Shown here: positions 24,936 to 38,501 of the stretch, one piece after another
Layout: every line of letters starts with the position of its first letter
Position numbering within the stretch: position 1 is the stretch's first letter
Source of the DNA: Octopus bimaculoides
Taxonomy: Eukaryota
Assembly (NCBI RefSeq): GCF_001194135.2
Contig: NC_069010.1
Location: forward strand, 9,153,709 to 9,196,373
Length of the DNA: 42,665 nt
Direction of reading: 5' to 3'
Program-made: the position numbers and the translations under genes
Notes under the pieces: model-generated
Told to the model about the DNA's origin: nothing
Databases searched by the model: none
Seen by the model: the letters and a program-made list of their open reading frames with translations, nothing else

Positions 24936-27289
24936 GTAAGAAACACAAACACACATTTCATTGATGCTTCCCTCTTCTTCTTCTTCTTCTCCTCCTTTTT
25001 ATTATATGTTGATCATCGTCTCCGATGTATTGAGATGTCGATCGAAAATGTCTCTCACTCTCTCCATACATATATATACACACATCTATCTATCTATATA
25101 TATACATACCTATATATACACATCTATATATATATATATATACGTATATATATATACACATCTATCTATATATATATACACACACAGATATATAGATGGA
25201 TAGATAGCTATACGATCATATGTATACACTCATATGTATACACATCGATGTCTGTATTTCTACTGAATTGTATGTATATAATAATGTATGTAGAGACCAA
25301 ATATCAGTTACGGTGTGTATAATTATATTCCTGTCTGTCTATATGTATAGATGTATATACATCCAAGTATGTATGTATATAAACGACCATATATTTATGA
25401 ATGTCTAGATTTACAGCTCTATCCCATTGAGTCGGTATATAATATGCTGTGTAGTTTACATACAAACGTATTCATGTCTTTATCTATATTTATATAGCTA
25501 CCTCTATAAATCTTACTCGTATATATGTGTAGCTCGATCTGTCATGGATATATATATTTATAAATATACACACAACCATATATTTTATTGTTTCGTTTCG
25601 TTTCGTCTCCTCCATATTCCCTCTTTTCCATCCATCTGTCTTTCTTTCTTTCTTTCGACAGTCTTTCCTGCCTCCCACCTCCTACCCTCTTCTATTTTCT
25701 ATCTCTCTCTTTCCCCCTCTATCTCTACTCCTCCCACTCTACCTCACCTTATTTCCTCCTCTACCCTCTCCTTCTCTCTCTCTCTTTTTTCTTTCTATAT
25801 CTTTCTCTTCCTCCACCCGTTCCCCTCACTTCCGCTCGTCCTTCATTCCTAATGTCGTCACCCTCTTCCCTTTATCCCTTCACCTCACACTCTCTTCTAT
25901 CATTCTCTCCTTCTCTTTCCCTCTCTCTCTTTACTTTTACCCCCTCCCCATCTTTCTAGCATTTCCTACTCACACCACCACCACTAACAACAACAACAAC
26001 AACAGTTTGGACATCTTTGGGAATCCACAGCACGATCCGTGTGTGTGTGTGTGTGTATAGGGGTCGTGCTACAGGTCTATCTATATATATGTGTTTGTGA
26101 GTGTATATGTATTATATGGATCGTGCGGCAGATTGATATGTATATGTTGATCTGTATGTGTGTGTACATATATACACACACACAGAAATTAATGTACCGT
26201 GTATTTGTGTGTATGTATATGTAAATAGTCAAGTGTGTCTGCAAAAATACATAAATATGTGTATATTTGGGTCTCTAAACGAGTGTGTGTGTATATGTAT
26301 ATGGGAATTGTATTTATATGTGTATACACGTAGATTGATCTACATAGATGATGTGTGTGGGTGTTTATACATGTCTACGTGTGTATATGTAGGTTTAAAT
26401 GTGTGCATATACATCCATGTATATGTGTGTGTGTGTGTGTGTATTTACATATGTATATACAGCCACATGTATAGTGGAAACCATTGAATTGTGATTATTT
26501 TGAAAAGGTACACGTTTGATAACAATAACCAGTTGATAATAATTCTTTTTGATGACAATAAACAGCCTCCACTCTTCACGTTTAGTTTATCCTTCGTCTC
26601 CGAAGGTGACCAAGATTATATCCATTAGGCACCAGTGGCACTTCTTAAAGAACCTCAACAATGGAAGAACCCATCCCACCTGTAGAATCTGATGGAGAGT
26701 CGCCAATTGTTCCATCATACTCTACACCCCCTGTGTGCCCTCGCAATCGAGGATCCTATCAAAATGGTAGTATTTTGTGGTGATAGTTGCACATGGTACC
26801 CTAAGCGAAGCACCTGCTGTTTCTGGCTCCAAGAAATTTCGTGTTTTGTGCAGGAGTGTAGCAAAGCTGCAACAGTCAAACTCTTTTTGCCTCTGATTTC
26901 CTGCACTTGGCATTGCTGTGTAGGTAACAAGTTTGCTACCCAAACATCTGGTCTTGAGTTCAATCCCACTGTGAGGGATCGTTTTAGATTATAGGACTGT
27001 GCCGACCAAAGCTATGAAAGTGTATTTGGTGGATGGAACTGAAAGAAGCCCATCATATGTGTGTATGTATGCATATATCTATGTGTGTTGTGTTCTCCTC
27101 CACAACAGCTTGAGAACTGATGATGGTTTGTTTACATCCCTGTAACTTAATGCTTTGGCAGAAGAACTGATAGAATAAGAACCAGATGAAATGAATACTG
27201 GGCACAGTTTCTTTGACTGACCTCTTTAACATGGAGCCCCAGCATGGCCACAGTCTGGTGCTTGAAACAAAGGATAAGAGACATATAGA

Positions 27290-28605
27290 ATGGTTGGGGT
27301 GGGGGCTGCCCCAGCCGCACACTTTACATTTTATCACTGATTTCTGGATTACACAGAGGGAGGTCTTCTCTGGTCAAAACTTCACCTTTTTGCCTCTCAT
27401 GTCCTGGATTATAGGGAGAAAGGGCTGCTTCACCTAAACACTTCATTTTGTTGGAGTGTCATGGTGAGGATGGCCCCTGTCAAACATTCACCTTTTTGTC
27501 TCTGATTTCGTTCACTGAGTGGTCTCTGTCTTGCAAGTTGCTTGGCAACCCACTGGTGCTGGTACCTCATAAAAAGTACCTGTGTTGATGTCGCATAAAA
27601 AGCACCCAGAACAACACTCTGTGATGTGGTTGGCATTAGGAAGGGCATCCATGCCAACACAGGCAATGGGGCCTGAGTCAGCTCTTTGGCTTGCCTAGCT
27701 CCTCTCAAACCATCCAGCCCATGGAAAGCAGATGTGAAAGGATGATGATGATGATGCTTGATAGGCAGGGCTCTTTCAAAGTTCCCTCTTCACAGAGGAA
27801 GGGCTGCTCCAGTCACTTTCCTTTTCTGTCTCTGATTTTCTGGGTTGTAGAGAGCTAGAATGGCTCCTGTCAAGTTTTTTTGTCTCTTTATTTCCAGGAT
27901 TATACAGTATTTCTTAAGTCAAACACTTGTTCCTGATTTTTCTGGATTATTTTGAGAGAGAGAACTGTTCCATTCAAGCACTTTACTTTTTTTTTATCTC
28001 TGATTTCCAGCATTGTAGAGAGGGAAGATTATTCCAGCCAAACACTTTAATTTTTTTGCTCTCTGATTTCCTGGATCATATTGATGGAGGGCTACTCAAT
28101 TCAAGCACTTCATGTTTTCGTCCCCTAATTTCCTGGAAGGGCTGCTCAACTCCAAAAACTTCACTTTTCACATTTGATTGCCTGGATTAAATTGATGGTG
28201 GGCTGCTTTAATTTAAACTCTTCATTTTTCTGCCTCTGAATTCCTGGATTATAACCGGATGGTTGCTCCAGGCAGCACTTTGCCTCTTCACCTCTGAATT
28301 CCTGGATTATACAGAGGGATGTTTGTTCAAGTCATACATTTTTTTCTCTCTCTGATTTCTTAGATTATAGAGATGGAGGGCTGCCCCAGCTAAAAGCTTC
28401 CCTTGGTTCTCTCTGGTTTCATGGATTATACAGAGTGACGATTGCTCCAGTTAAACAGTTGTCATTTTTTTGTCTCTGATTTCTTGGATTACATTGTTGG
28501 AACGGATGCTCAAGTTAATTGGTTCACTTTTATGTCTCTGATTTCCTAGGATTATACAGATCAAGAACTGCTCCTGTTAAACGCTTCACTCTTTTGACTT
28601 TGTAG
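27290..28605 (+). repeat. Degenerate ~60-bp tandem array in NF1 intron 1, interrupted by an RTE-tail insertion
   Basis: ctctgatttcctggattat-like anchors at 27346, 27406, 27897, 27944, 28010, 28073, 28135, 28184, 28246, 28304, 28362, 28423, 28486, 28549. Confidence 0.85.
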
Positions 28606-29749
28606 TCTTTACCTGGCTTTGTGGGTAAGAAGCTTTTTGCCGAACCATGTGGTCTTGGGTTCATTTGCACTGACTGGCATCTTGGGCAAGTGTGTTCAAC
28701 CATAGACCTGGCCCAACCAATGCTCTGTGAATGGATTTGGCAGACAAAAACTTTCTCTATGCACACTGACATTGTAGATCCATCAGAGAATACTTTTCTT
28801 CCTTTCTTTCTAGTCTTTGCATGTCTTCTGTATTCCCAGCCCAAGTTTCACAACCATATAGCATTGCTGCTCATACACAAGTATCATGTAATCTACCTTT
28901 CATTCTGAGAGAGAGGCCTTTTGTTACCAAGTAAAAGGCACCCAGTCCACTGGTGCTGGTGCCAAGTAAAAAACCACCAAGTCCACTCTATAAAGTGATT
29001 GACGTTAGGAAGGACATCCACCCACAATAACCCTGCTAAAGCAGACCTTGTCGGTGTTGATGCCACATAAAAAGCATCCAGTCCATTCTGTAAAATGGTT
29101 GGCATTAGGGAGGGCATTCATCTGTAAAACCTATGTCAAATCAGACAGCGAAGTATTTCTCTGGCTTCCCAGCTCCTGTCCAACCGTCCAGCCCATGCCA
29201 GCATGGAAGACGGATGGTGATGGTGGGTAAAAATTCTCTGAACTTTCTCCATCCAGTTCTTATTCTAGCAATTATACTTTAAGAGCATCCTCCTCCTCCT
29301 CATCCACTACAGCTAATTAGGTCACCTAAATAACAGAATCTATCTGCTACATCTAGGGAGCCTCTTGGGCATTTCCTGTGTGCTCTTATTATTTGTTGCT
29401 GCTGCACAGTCACCACAAATAAATTCCATCTTCTGTTAACCTTCCTGTGATTGCGCTGCACCTCGAAGGTCTCCATAGTCTGCATTGAGTACACTGTATG
29501 GAATTTCTATAGATCTCTGTGTTTGTTTGTATATCTATGTGTGTCATTGTGTTGTGTTTGTCCCCCAGAGCCATGTGACAACTGGTGTTGGTTTGTTTAC
29601 ATCCTTGTAAGTTAGTGGTCCGACAGAAGAATCTGATAGAACAAGCACCACACTTCACTGTTGTGATAGTTGCTTCGGTAATGAAGTGTGGAGCTGATAA
29701 GTGAAGATAAATTTCGTTGGCTGCATGAATAATAACAGAAACACATTCA

Positions 29750-30160
29750 TCATCATTTAGCGTCTGCTTTCCATGCTGGCATGGGTTGGACAGTTTGACT
29801 GAAACTGCACCAGACATTTCAATCTAGTTTGGCATGATTTCTATAGCTGGATGTTCTTCCAACCACCCCAAGTATGTAATGGGTACCTTTTATGAGCCAG
29901 TTATGCGACACTGGTGTTGACTTTGCCCATGATCTCACTTGGCTTGACGGGTCTTCTCAGGCACAGCATATAGTCAAAGGTCTTGGTCACTAGTCATTGC
30001 CTCCGTGAGGCCCAACGTTTGAAGATCATGTTTCACTGTCGCATCCCATGTTTTCCTGCATCTGCCTCTTTCACAGGTTCCCTCCACAGTTAGAGATCAG
30101 CACTTCTCTACACAGCTCTCCTCCTCCATACGCGTTACATGACCATAAGTATACCAAATG
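29750..30160 (-). mobile_element. RTE LINE 3' end (ORF2 C-terminus plus tail); a separate RTE piece lies at ~29310-29420
   Basis: YGHVTRMEEESCVEKC*SLTVEGTCERGRCRKTWDATVKHDLQTLGLTEAMTSDQDL*LYAVPEKTRQAK-stop, then the family C tail. The separate piece reads SLDVADRFCYLGDLISCSG. Confidence 0.85.
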
Positions 30161-30649
30161 AAACACTAGCTCTGCTCGTTCTGTATATGATTTCCTGGTC
30201 CAGTCATGCAGTATCTGAGATGCTGCTGCCTCGAATGCTTTGCATGGGGCCCAGCCCTTCATGTCTAAGAGTGATGTTTTCTTCTGTTACTGGAGCAGGT
30301 AGGTTCTCCACAGGTTGTTCACATCTGGCTGGGTTATCTACCAGTTTCAGCATAATTTCAGCTCTGTGCGCAACCAGTGCACAGCATCTCTTGCACTGGA
30401 GCCTTCATAGTGCATGATGATGATGTGCAGCATTGAACAAACCAGCATCGTGTCACAGCAGGATGTAACTCCCCCCCCCCTCAACTCCCTTCCAACCCTG
30501 CTGTGTGATAGAGTGAGAAGAGTGCTAGAGCAAGTAAGCACCCTTGTTTAATTCCATTAGTCAGATATGTCTGTCTGTCTGTCCATCTATCTATCTATCT
30601 GTCTGTGTGTGTGTGTGATGGTAGTCTCTCATAGTCTCGGGAAGATGGT

Positions 30650-30897
30650 TCTGCAAGTTCTTGCTAAATAACCTGTATAAAATGGTTTGTTTTATGAAGA
30701 TCAACTGTTTGTGCTGTACACGTGCTCAGTCCCTCCATCAAATTGATGTTTCCTGAACAGGTGCATCGTGTACCACATGTCAAGTGTGGAAGTGATTGCA
30801 GAGCAACTTGAGATGAAACACAACAGCCCACCCGGTCTAGGAACTGAAACCATGACCTCACAGTGGTAGGAGCAACACCCTAGCCACTAGCCCATGT
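30650..30897 (-). mobile_element. Third tRNA-headed SINE family (D); related pieces at ~6930-7070, 10080-10340, 35720-35990
   Basis: Minus-strand head tgggctagtggctagggtg...ggtttcagttcctagaccgg has A/B-box-like motifs; bodies differ from families A and B. Confidence 0.55.
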
Positions 30898-30950
30898 GCC
30901 CTCATATAAGTGCATATTATGTCTCTTATGAGGCCCAGGTATATTTGTAC

Positions 30951-31106
30951 CAGGGGCAGACTGAGAGTATTAAGGGCCCTCGGGCATAACTGTTTACCGG
31001 GCCCCTTAGCATTGATATCAGTAGAGTTAACATGTAGAGAGTGGGCCCTTCAGAGCTCCAGGCTCTTGGGCAATGTCCGATTGACCGACGGCTCAGTCCA
31101 CCCTTG
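30951..31106. mobile_element. hAT-type MITE, 156 bp
   Basis: TIRs CAGGGGCAGACTGAG / CTCAGTCCACCCTTG (12/15). 8-bp TSD atttgtac (30943-30950) / atttgtgc (31107-31114). Internal GGGCCC motifs. Confidence 0.8.
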
Positions 31107-31886
31107 ATTTGTGCTGTTGAGAAGTTTGCTTGCTGACCACATGGTTTTGGGTTCAAGTGTACTGCATAGCACCTCTAGCAAATGTCCTCTACTACAGCCC
31201 AGAGCTAACCAAAATCTTTTGGTAGATGGAAACTGGGCTAAGTTCCAGCATTAGAGGTTAGATGCAGGGGGATGGCCTGAGTGCGTCTCACAACCTGTAT
31301 ACAAAGCTGCACTCAACAATGAGTTTAGAGACTATAAATTAGAGAAGACGATCTCATTTGTATAATGATGATTCTCATTTTAAGCCATCATCTAATGCTT
31401 AGCAAAGGATACACTTATGCATTCACATACATATATACACTTATATTTGCATGTTTGTCCGTCGGAACGACAAGGACCTCATAGTCATCCTTAAGGACGT
31501 CTGATGACTTGCATGGTGAGTTTGTTTAAACAGTCAGCTTCACTCTCTTGTCTGTGACCATCTTCAATCCAGTAGCAAGACGAGGTCAAGACAACTGGGG
31601 GATGGAGACAGTACTAAATCCACTCTCAAGGCATTGGTCAACTTGAATCTATAGAATCTAGAGTAGAAGAAACTTGGCCAAGGTGCCACACACTGGGATT
31701 GAACCCAAGATTACATGGTTGGGAAGCAAACTTCTTAACCACATCTTTTGGGCTTTTTTTTTCGTCCTGAACAGATGGCTGGCATTGTTGATGCAATGAG
31801 TGTCTTAATTTTCCAGGAAACAAAGCATTTTTGTTGGTGGTTGACAAATGAACAGGGACATTCTTGCCTTGTGATACAGGAATGAT

Positions 31887-31940
31887 AACCTCTTGGATTG
31901 ATATACCCAGTGCAACCTCTTGGATTGATATACCCAGTGC
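31887..31940 (+). repeat. Perfect 27-bp tandem duplication
   Basis: aacctcttggattgatatacccagtgc twice (31887, 31914). Confidence 0.95.
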
Positions 31941-33398
31941 ACCCTGTAAAATGGTTGGTGTTAAAAAGGGCTTCCAGATGTAGAACCCTTTTTCAGGTAA
32001 TATACAAATAATAGGCCTTCTATAAGGGCTGTGATTTTTGAGTGAGAGCTGTCTTGGGCTGTGACAAACTGTCCAAACCATGCCAGCATGAAAATTACCA
32101 CCACCACCACCACCACCATCTTGATTATCATAATCATCATTATTATTTTCATGTTAGATGATTTGACAGGGGCTGGTGAGCCAGAAGAGTGTATGAAGGG
32201 CCACTGCCTGCTTTGACATAGTTTTTTAATGGCTGGATACCCTTCCTAGTGCCAACCACTTTATAGAGTGTATTGAGTGCATTTTATGTGGCACCAGCAC
32301 CAGTGAGGTCAGCAAGTAAGTCAAGTAAACAAGGAGCATCTCTGTCATACGAGCTTTTTGTTATTTGTGGTCGAGTCTTCCATGAAAAACATGAGACCAT
32401 GTTGCTTGGATGGTCAAGGCCTGGAATTTGTGGCGAAGGGGACAGTTGATGTAATCGGCTCCAGTACGCAACTGGTACTTATTTTATCAACCCTGAAAGG
32501 ATGACAAGCAAAGCCAACCTTGGCGCAATTTGAACTCAGAATATAAAAATGAACAAAATACTGCTAAGCACACAGTGTTGAAGAAGAGGTGGGTGACAGC
32601 TGTAAAACCAAGTCAGATGATAGTACGAGTACCCCAGTCTGTGGGAGTAGCGCCTCCACCCCCCTACCCCCTTACTAAATATGGAAACATGCAGATCATG
32701 GGAGCCTGTCCAACCCATGCTAGCATAAAAAGTGTACGTGAACTGATGACGATATGTGTGTATGTATACACACAACATACATGCATGCATTAATTCATAT
32801 ATACAGAGGTGAATCAAACTGTTTTTAATATTAATATATGTAACTCCTACAAAACGCGTTGAGTACTCCTTTCTTTCGTTTGTCCATTCATCCGTGCACC
32901 ACTTTACATAATTTTTTTTCTTTTTATTCTGTAATCTATATTTTTTTTCGTATTCCATGTAAATATCTTAAGTGTACCTGTTTTAACTACCTGATTACCT
33001 CCCATTCTCTGTGTGTGATGCCTCGAGCATAGCCCTTTGTTGGAAAGGGGAAAGGGAAAAGTTTGCATGCTCACACGGACCTTCTAGGTCCTTCCAACTA
33101 ATTTGGAGTACCTGATTCATGGATCTTCGTACTCCAGCCTTGGATTATATTACTTTTAAATTCTTTCAGAATATGTCATTTCTGCACCTTTGGTTTTGTA
33201 TGTATATTATTTATTTATTTAAAGGTCACAATACATGGATTAAATAGTTTCATATTCTTGAGGCACAAACTAAAGAAATTGAATAATAGAAGAAACTATT
33301 ATTAGTGCTTTAATGCATGTATTGTGACTTTTAAATAAATAATATCTCTTGCCAGATGGAGTACTTTTTTTGTTGAATTTTCTATCACGGATCAATAC

Positions 33399-33445
<47 letters not shown>

Positions 33446-34111
33446 CGTGTGTGTATTTTATCGATCCTGAAAGGATGAAAGGCAAAGTCCACCGGGGTCG
33501 ATAAAATTAGTACCAGTTACACACTGGGGTCGATGTAATCGACTTAATCCCTTCCCCCAAATTTCAGGCCTTGTGCTTCCATCAGAAAGGGTATATGTAT
33601 GGATATATGTAATGTATGGATGTGTTACTGTTTTCCTGTCTTCAACATCATTGTAAGCATTGACTCTTGTTTCCAGTCTTCCCTGAAAATCATGTCTCAC
33701 TATGGGGAAATAGGACTTTCCTTGGAAACAGGTGATGGTTGGTGACAGGAAGGGCATCCAACTGTAGAAAAATCTGCCCTTAACAAATTCTGTCCAACCC
33801 ATGCAAGCAGGGAAAAGTGGATGATGATAACGATGCAGTGTGAATGTTTAGGCAAGTTTCAATCTCATCCCACCATCCCATCTCTTTACTTCCTTCTCAG
33901 CATCCCATCCTCCAAAACCAGGCAGCATTTTAGGTTTCATACAATGTCTAAGAGCTGTTTCGGTTCCTTTTGTTTTGTCTTTTAGATGGCATAAAACTTG
34001 GATTGACCCCAACTGCTTCATGATTGACCCCAGGTGCTGTATAGTTAAAACTGAACTCAAAACTACCTGGTCAGGAGATGAACTCATTAGCCACCCAGCC
34101 ATGCTTGCGCC

Positions 34112-34147
<36 letters not shown>

Positions 34148-34534
34148 ATCTTGTTTCAGTTATTTGACTGTGCCCATACTGGAACATTGCTTTGATGGGT
34201 TTTAGTCAAACAAATTGATCCTAATACAATTTTTTGTTTTTTTTTAAAGTCTGGTACATAATATGTCGTTCTGTTTTGATGAACCTCTAATTTGCAGGAT
34301 GTAAACAAACCAACACCAGTTGTCAAGATGTGGTGGGGAACACAGACACATTCATGCACACACACACACATACAACAAGCTTCTTTCAGTTTCCATCTAC
34401 CAAATCCTTTCACGAGGCTTTGAAAGTAGAGAACTCTTGCTCAAGGTTCTGCATAGTGGGACTGAACTCGGAACCATGTGGTTGGGAAGCGAACTTCTTA
34501 CCACACCTGCTCCTCTATTCATATCTATATGTCT

Positions 34535-35450
34535 ATATCATCATCATCCATTGTCCATGCTGGCATGGGTTGGACAGTTTGACCAGGGCTGCTAAGCTGC
34601 ACCAGACTCCAGTCTGCTTTGGCATGGTTTCTGTGACTGGATGCCCTTCCCCATGCCAACCACTCTGAGATTGTGTGCTGGGTGCTTTTTTAAATGGCAC
34701 TGCATGGACACTTTCATGTGGCATCAACCCAGGATTGTTGCAGGTTAATCATCACTTTGGGTGTGGGGGTGCAATCTTAACATTTCTACTGCAGAGTACA
34801 GGTCTTCTTGAGTATAGCATGGGCCCAGGTGTCTTCATTCTTTGTCATCTCACCTGAAAGGTTCAGCATCCTGATGTCATTCTTCAGCACTTTGTCCCAC
34901 TTCCATGTGTTACATCTACTTTGAGACATCAGCACTTCTTTATGGAGCTGTCAGCATCCATCCGCATCACATGACCAAACCAGCATGGTCTTCTCTCCTG
35001 CACTCAACATCTAATCCCTCTTATGCCTAACTTCTCTCTCAGAGCACTAGCTCTCTATTAAACATGTGCACTTACATTACCCATCCAGCAAAGCATACTA
35101 ACCTCATTCCTCTCTAGCCTTCACATGTCCTCTGCATTCAAGGCCCACATCTCACTACCATGTAGAATTGCTGTCCATATACATACATACATCATACAAT
35201 CTTCCTTTCACTCAGAGAGAGAAACCTTTTGTGGCCAACAGAGGTAACAGCTCACTGAATTTCCTCCACCCTATTCTTATTCTAGCTGTCGCACTCTCTG
35301 TGCATCCTCCCCCCACTACTAATTTGGTCCCCGAGGTAGAGGAAATTACCCACCCCTTCTAATGATCCATTTGAGAGAATCAGTTTCCCCGAATCTCTAT
35401 CGGTTTTATGGATCCAGTGCCTCTTCCACGTAGGGACTCTACCTTCTCTC
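34535..35450 (-). mobile_element. Decayed RTE LINE 3' portion with tail
   Basis: SLEGVGNFLYLGDQISSGG; ALREKLGIRGIRC; WFGHVMRMDADS; NDIRMLNLSGEMTKNEDTWAHAILKKT; then the family C tail. Confidence 0.8.
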
Positions 35451-38400
35451 ATCATCTTCCTGTTATTCCTCTCCACCTCTATGTCTGTCTTTTATCATTC
35501 ACCTGTTTCAGTCTGCAGCCATGCTGGAGCACTGTGCTGGTGGGTTTTAATGGAATGAATTGTCTCCAGTACCTATTTTTGGGTTTTTGAAGTCTGGTAC
35601 ATAATCTGCCAGTCTTTTGCAGAACCACTAAGTTACAGGATGTAAACAAACCAACGCCAGTTGTCAAGTGATGATGGGAAGCAAACACACAGACGCAGCT
35701 TAGTGTTTTGGATATCGACTCATGATTGTAAGATGGTGGAATGTTTTGGTCTTGAGCAAGACACTTTATTTCATGTTACTCCAGACCAATCACAGGCAGA
35801 AACGAGTTGTACCTGTAATTCAAAAGGGGCCAGCCTTGTCACTTTCTGTGTGTCATGTTGAATCTCCCTGAGAACTATGTTAAGTGTATATATGTCTGTG
35901 CAGCGCTCAGCCACTTCCATGTTAATTTCACAAGCAGGTTGTTCCATTGATCAGATCTACTGGAACCCTTACCATCTTAACCGATGGATTACCTGTATGT
36001 ATACGTAGCCCGGGGCCATTGCAGAAGACACTTGCCTAAGGTGCTGCGAAGCAGGACTGACTCCAAGTCCACGTTTTGGAAGGAAACTCCTTAACCCTCA
36101 TAACAGCATCTACACATGTAAGATTCTGTGTGTTTGTGTGTAAATCTGCTGCTCCAGTATGTCCAATATAATAACGTTGACATTCCTTAACGTCGGTGCA
36201 GGTTGGCACCTGTGGAATTGTTGGTGGTGGTGGAGGCTTTCGGGGGAGGAAGAAGATGTCGAAATCGTTTTGGTCTCGAGTTGACAGCTGATGCTGCTGC
36301 TGTTGCTACAGATGTTTCTCAACCACGAGAGAGGTCACTGCCTTGCCTGCTTCTCCTGTAACACAACATCAGATTGAGGGAGAATGTGTTTATAACGACA
36401 GCATAATGGTGGCGATGGCGATGCTTCGCTTCCTTCTTCCTCTCTTTCTCCATCGTCCCTCTTTCGTTCGTATGTTCGTTCCTTCGTTCCTTCCTTCCTT
36501 CCTCCCTCTTCATTTCGTTTTCTTCCCTCAATCTTTCCTTCTCAATCTCTCTTCTTTTCAAACCCTCCACTCTTTCGTTTTCTATCGTCTGCAAGCTTCC
36601 TCCCCCCTCTCTCTCTCTCTCTCTTTATTTCCACCGTCCACTTCTCCCCCTCCCCTGTCATCCATGTTCTGTTCTTCCTCTCATTACTTCTACCGTCTCT
36701 CTCTCTCTCTCTCTCTCTCTCAATCATCTCTTGCCCCTCTTTGATTCCGCCCTCTCTCTCCTGTCTTCCTTTCATCCTCCTCCTCCTCCTCTCACTCTCT
36801 GTTTCTCCCTCCCATCCTCTCTGCCTCTTTTACTCTACCTTCTACTACAAGCCAAAACCGTTTGCCTCGTTGTCATTCCTCCGCCATTCACCATTCTTCT
36901 CTCTCTCTCTCTCTCTCACTCTGTCACTTTTCTTCCTTCTTCCCTCCCTCTCTCTTTCTATCGTTTGCTTGCTCCCTTCCTCCCACATCTACCATTTCAC
37001 TCATTACACCTCAGAACGACTGCTTCGTTTTCTCCCTCCCCCTCTCTTATTCACACAAGCACACACCCACTCACTCCTACTCTCTCTACACACCTCCTTC
37101 ATTCCTCTTTCTCTCTATTTATATAAATATCTACGTACATAGCTACTTATTCTCCCTCCTACTCTTCCTATTTCTTCCACCATTTCCTTCATTCTTCCTT
37201 CCCCCTCTTTCACTCAATCTTACCTCTTCTCCAACCCCCTCTCCCTCTTCCTCCTAGCGCAACACCTCATGAATATTCATGAATTACATCATATTACGCT
37301 TAATCCCTCAATTGAAACAGTTTTTTTTTCTGTCGTCGCATCTTGTTTTTAACCCCTGGTCAGACTTCATCCGGCAAATTTATGATCAAAGGCGTTCCAG
37401 GCATGGCTATTCTATATTAAAAACAAAATTATGATATATCTTGGGAACTACACTGTTTAGCGCGTGTTTGTGTTTGTGTGTGTGTGTGTGTGTGTATAAT
37501 TCTATTCTTCTAATGATTTCAGTCGGGGTGGGGAATGCGGCTATGCTGGAGCACCGCCTTTATTGATTTTCTTTCGGTTCTGTTGACACTTTATGGAAGG
37601 AAGTTGGTCTCTGATTGAGTTTGTAGCAGCTGATCTTCTTCGAGTGTATCCTCGAATGGTTGGCTGGTCCGGTGCCGTCGTTACGAGTTTAGTCAATTTA
37701 AAAAAAAAAAGTCTTTCAGTAGAAGCCCCTTTTATATTTCATTCGGTTCTTTACGTTCTGAGTTCAAATTCCACCGAGATCGACTTTGCCTTTCATCCTT
37801 TTGGGGTCAATAAATTATGTACCAGTTACATACTGGAGTCAAAGTAATCAACTAGCTTCCTCCCCTAAAATTTCAGGCTTTGTGCCTATCATAGTAAACA
37901 TTGAGCTGGCTGAATTGTTAGCACGCCAGGCACAGTGCTTAGCAGCATTTTGTCATCTGTGTTCAATATCCACCGAAGTCAAGTTTACCTTTTGTCCTTT
38001 CAGGGTCGATAAATTAAGTACCAGTCAAGTACTGGGGGGTGATGAAATTGACTATCCTCTCCCCACAAATTCCAAGCTTTCTGCCTATAGTAGAAAGAAT
38101 TAGTATTAATATTATCATTGGCTCCCGTGCCGGTGGCATGTAAAAAGCACCATCTGATCGTGGTCAATGCCAGCCCCCTCTGGCCCCTGTGCCGGTGCTA
38201 TGTAAAAAGCACCCACTACATTCTTGGAGTGGTTGGCGTTAGGAAGGGCATCCAGCTGTAGAAACACTGCCAGATCAGACTGGAGCCTGGTGCAGCTTCC
38301 TGGCTTCCCAGACCCCAGTTGAACCGTCTAACCCATGCCAGCATGGAAAACGGACATTAAACGAAGATGATGAAAAATAGGACATTGAATGATGTTGATG

Positions 38401-38501
38401 TAAAGAAATATTTTGTAAAAAGAATTTTTTTTTTTTTCTGTTTTTCCCTGAAATAAAATGAATCTCATTTCTGATTTGTGTTTCCTGTTTTTGTTTTCCA
38501 G

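Noticed and set aside
24359-24961. 200-aa poly-Thr ORF on the minus strand
   Set aside because: Antisense reading of the trinucleotide-rich NF1 leader; no independent support.
27290-28605. CRISPR-like interpretation of the 60-bp array
   Set aside because: Eukaryotic context, no cas genes, non-identical repeats, and the intervening parts are homologous to each other rather than unique spacers.
31452-31535. Second hammerhead-like motif (CTGATGA at 31501 with a possible stem II; also a minus-strand GTCC...GGAC stem)
   Set aside because: The plus version lacks GAAA directly after stem II and has no stem I pairing. The minus version lacks G5 and G12.
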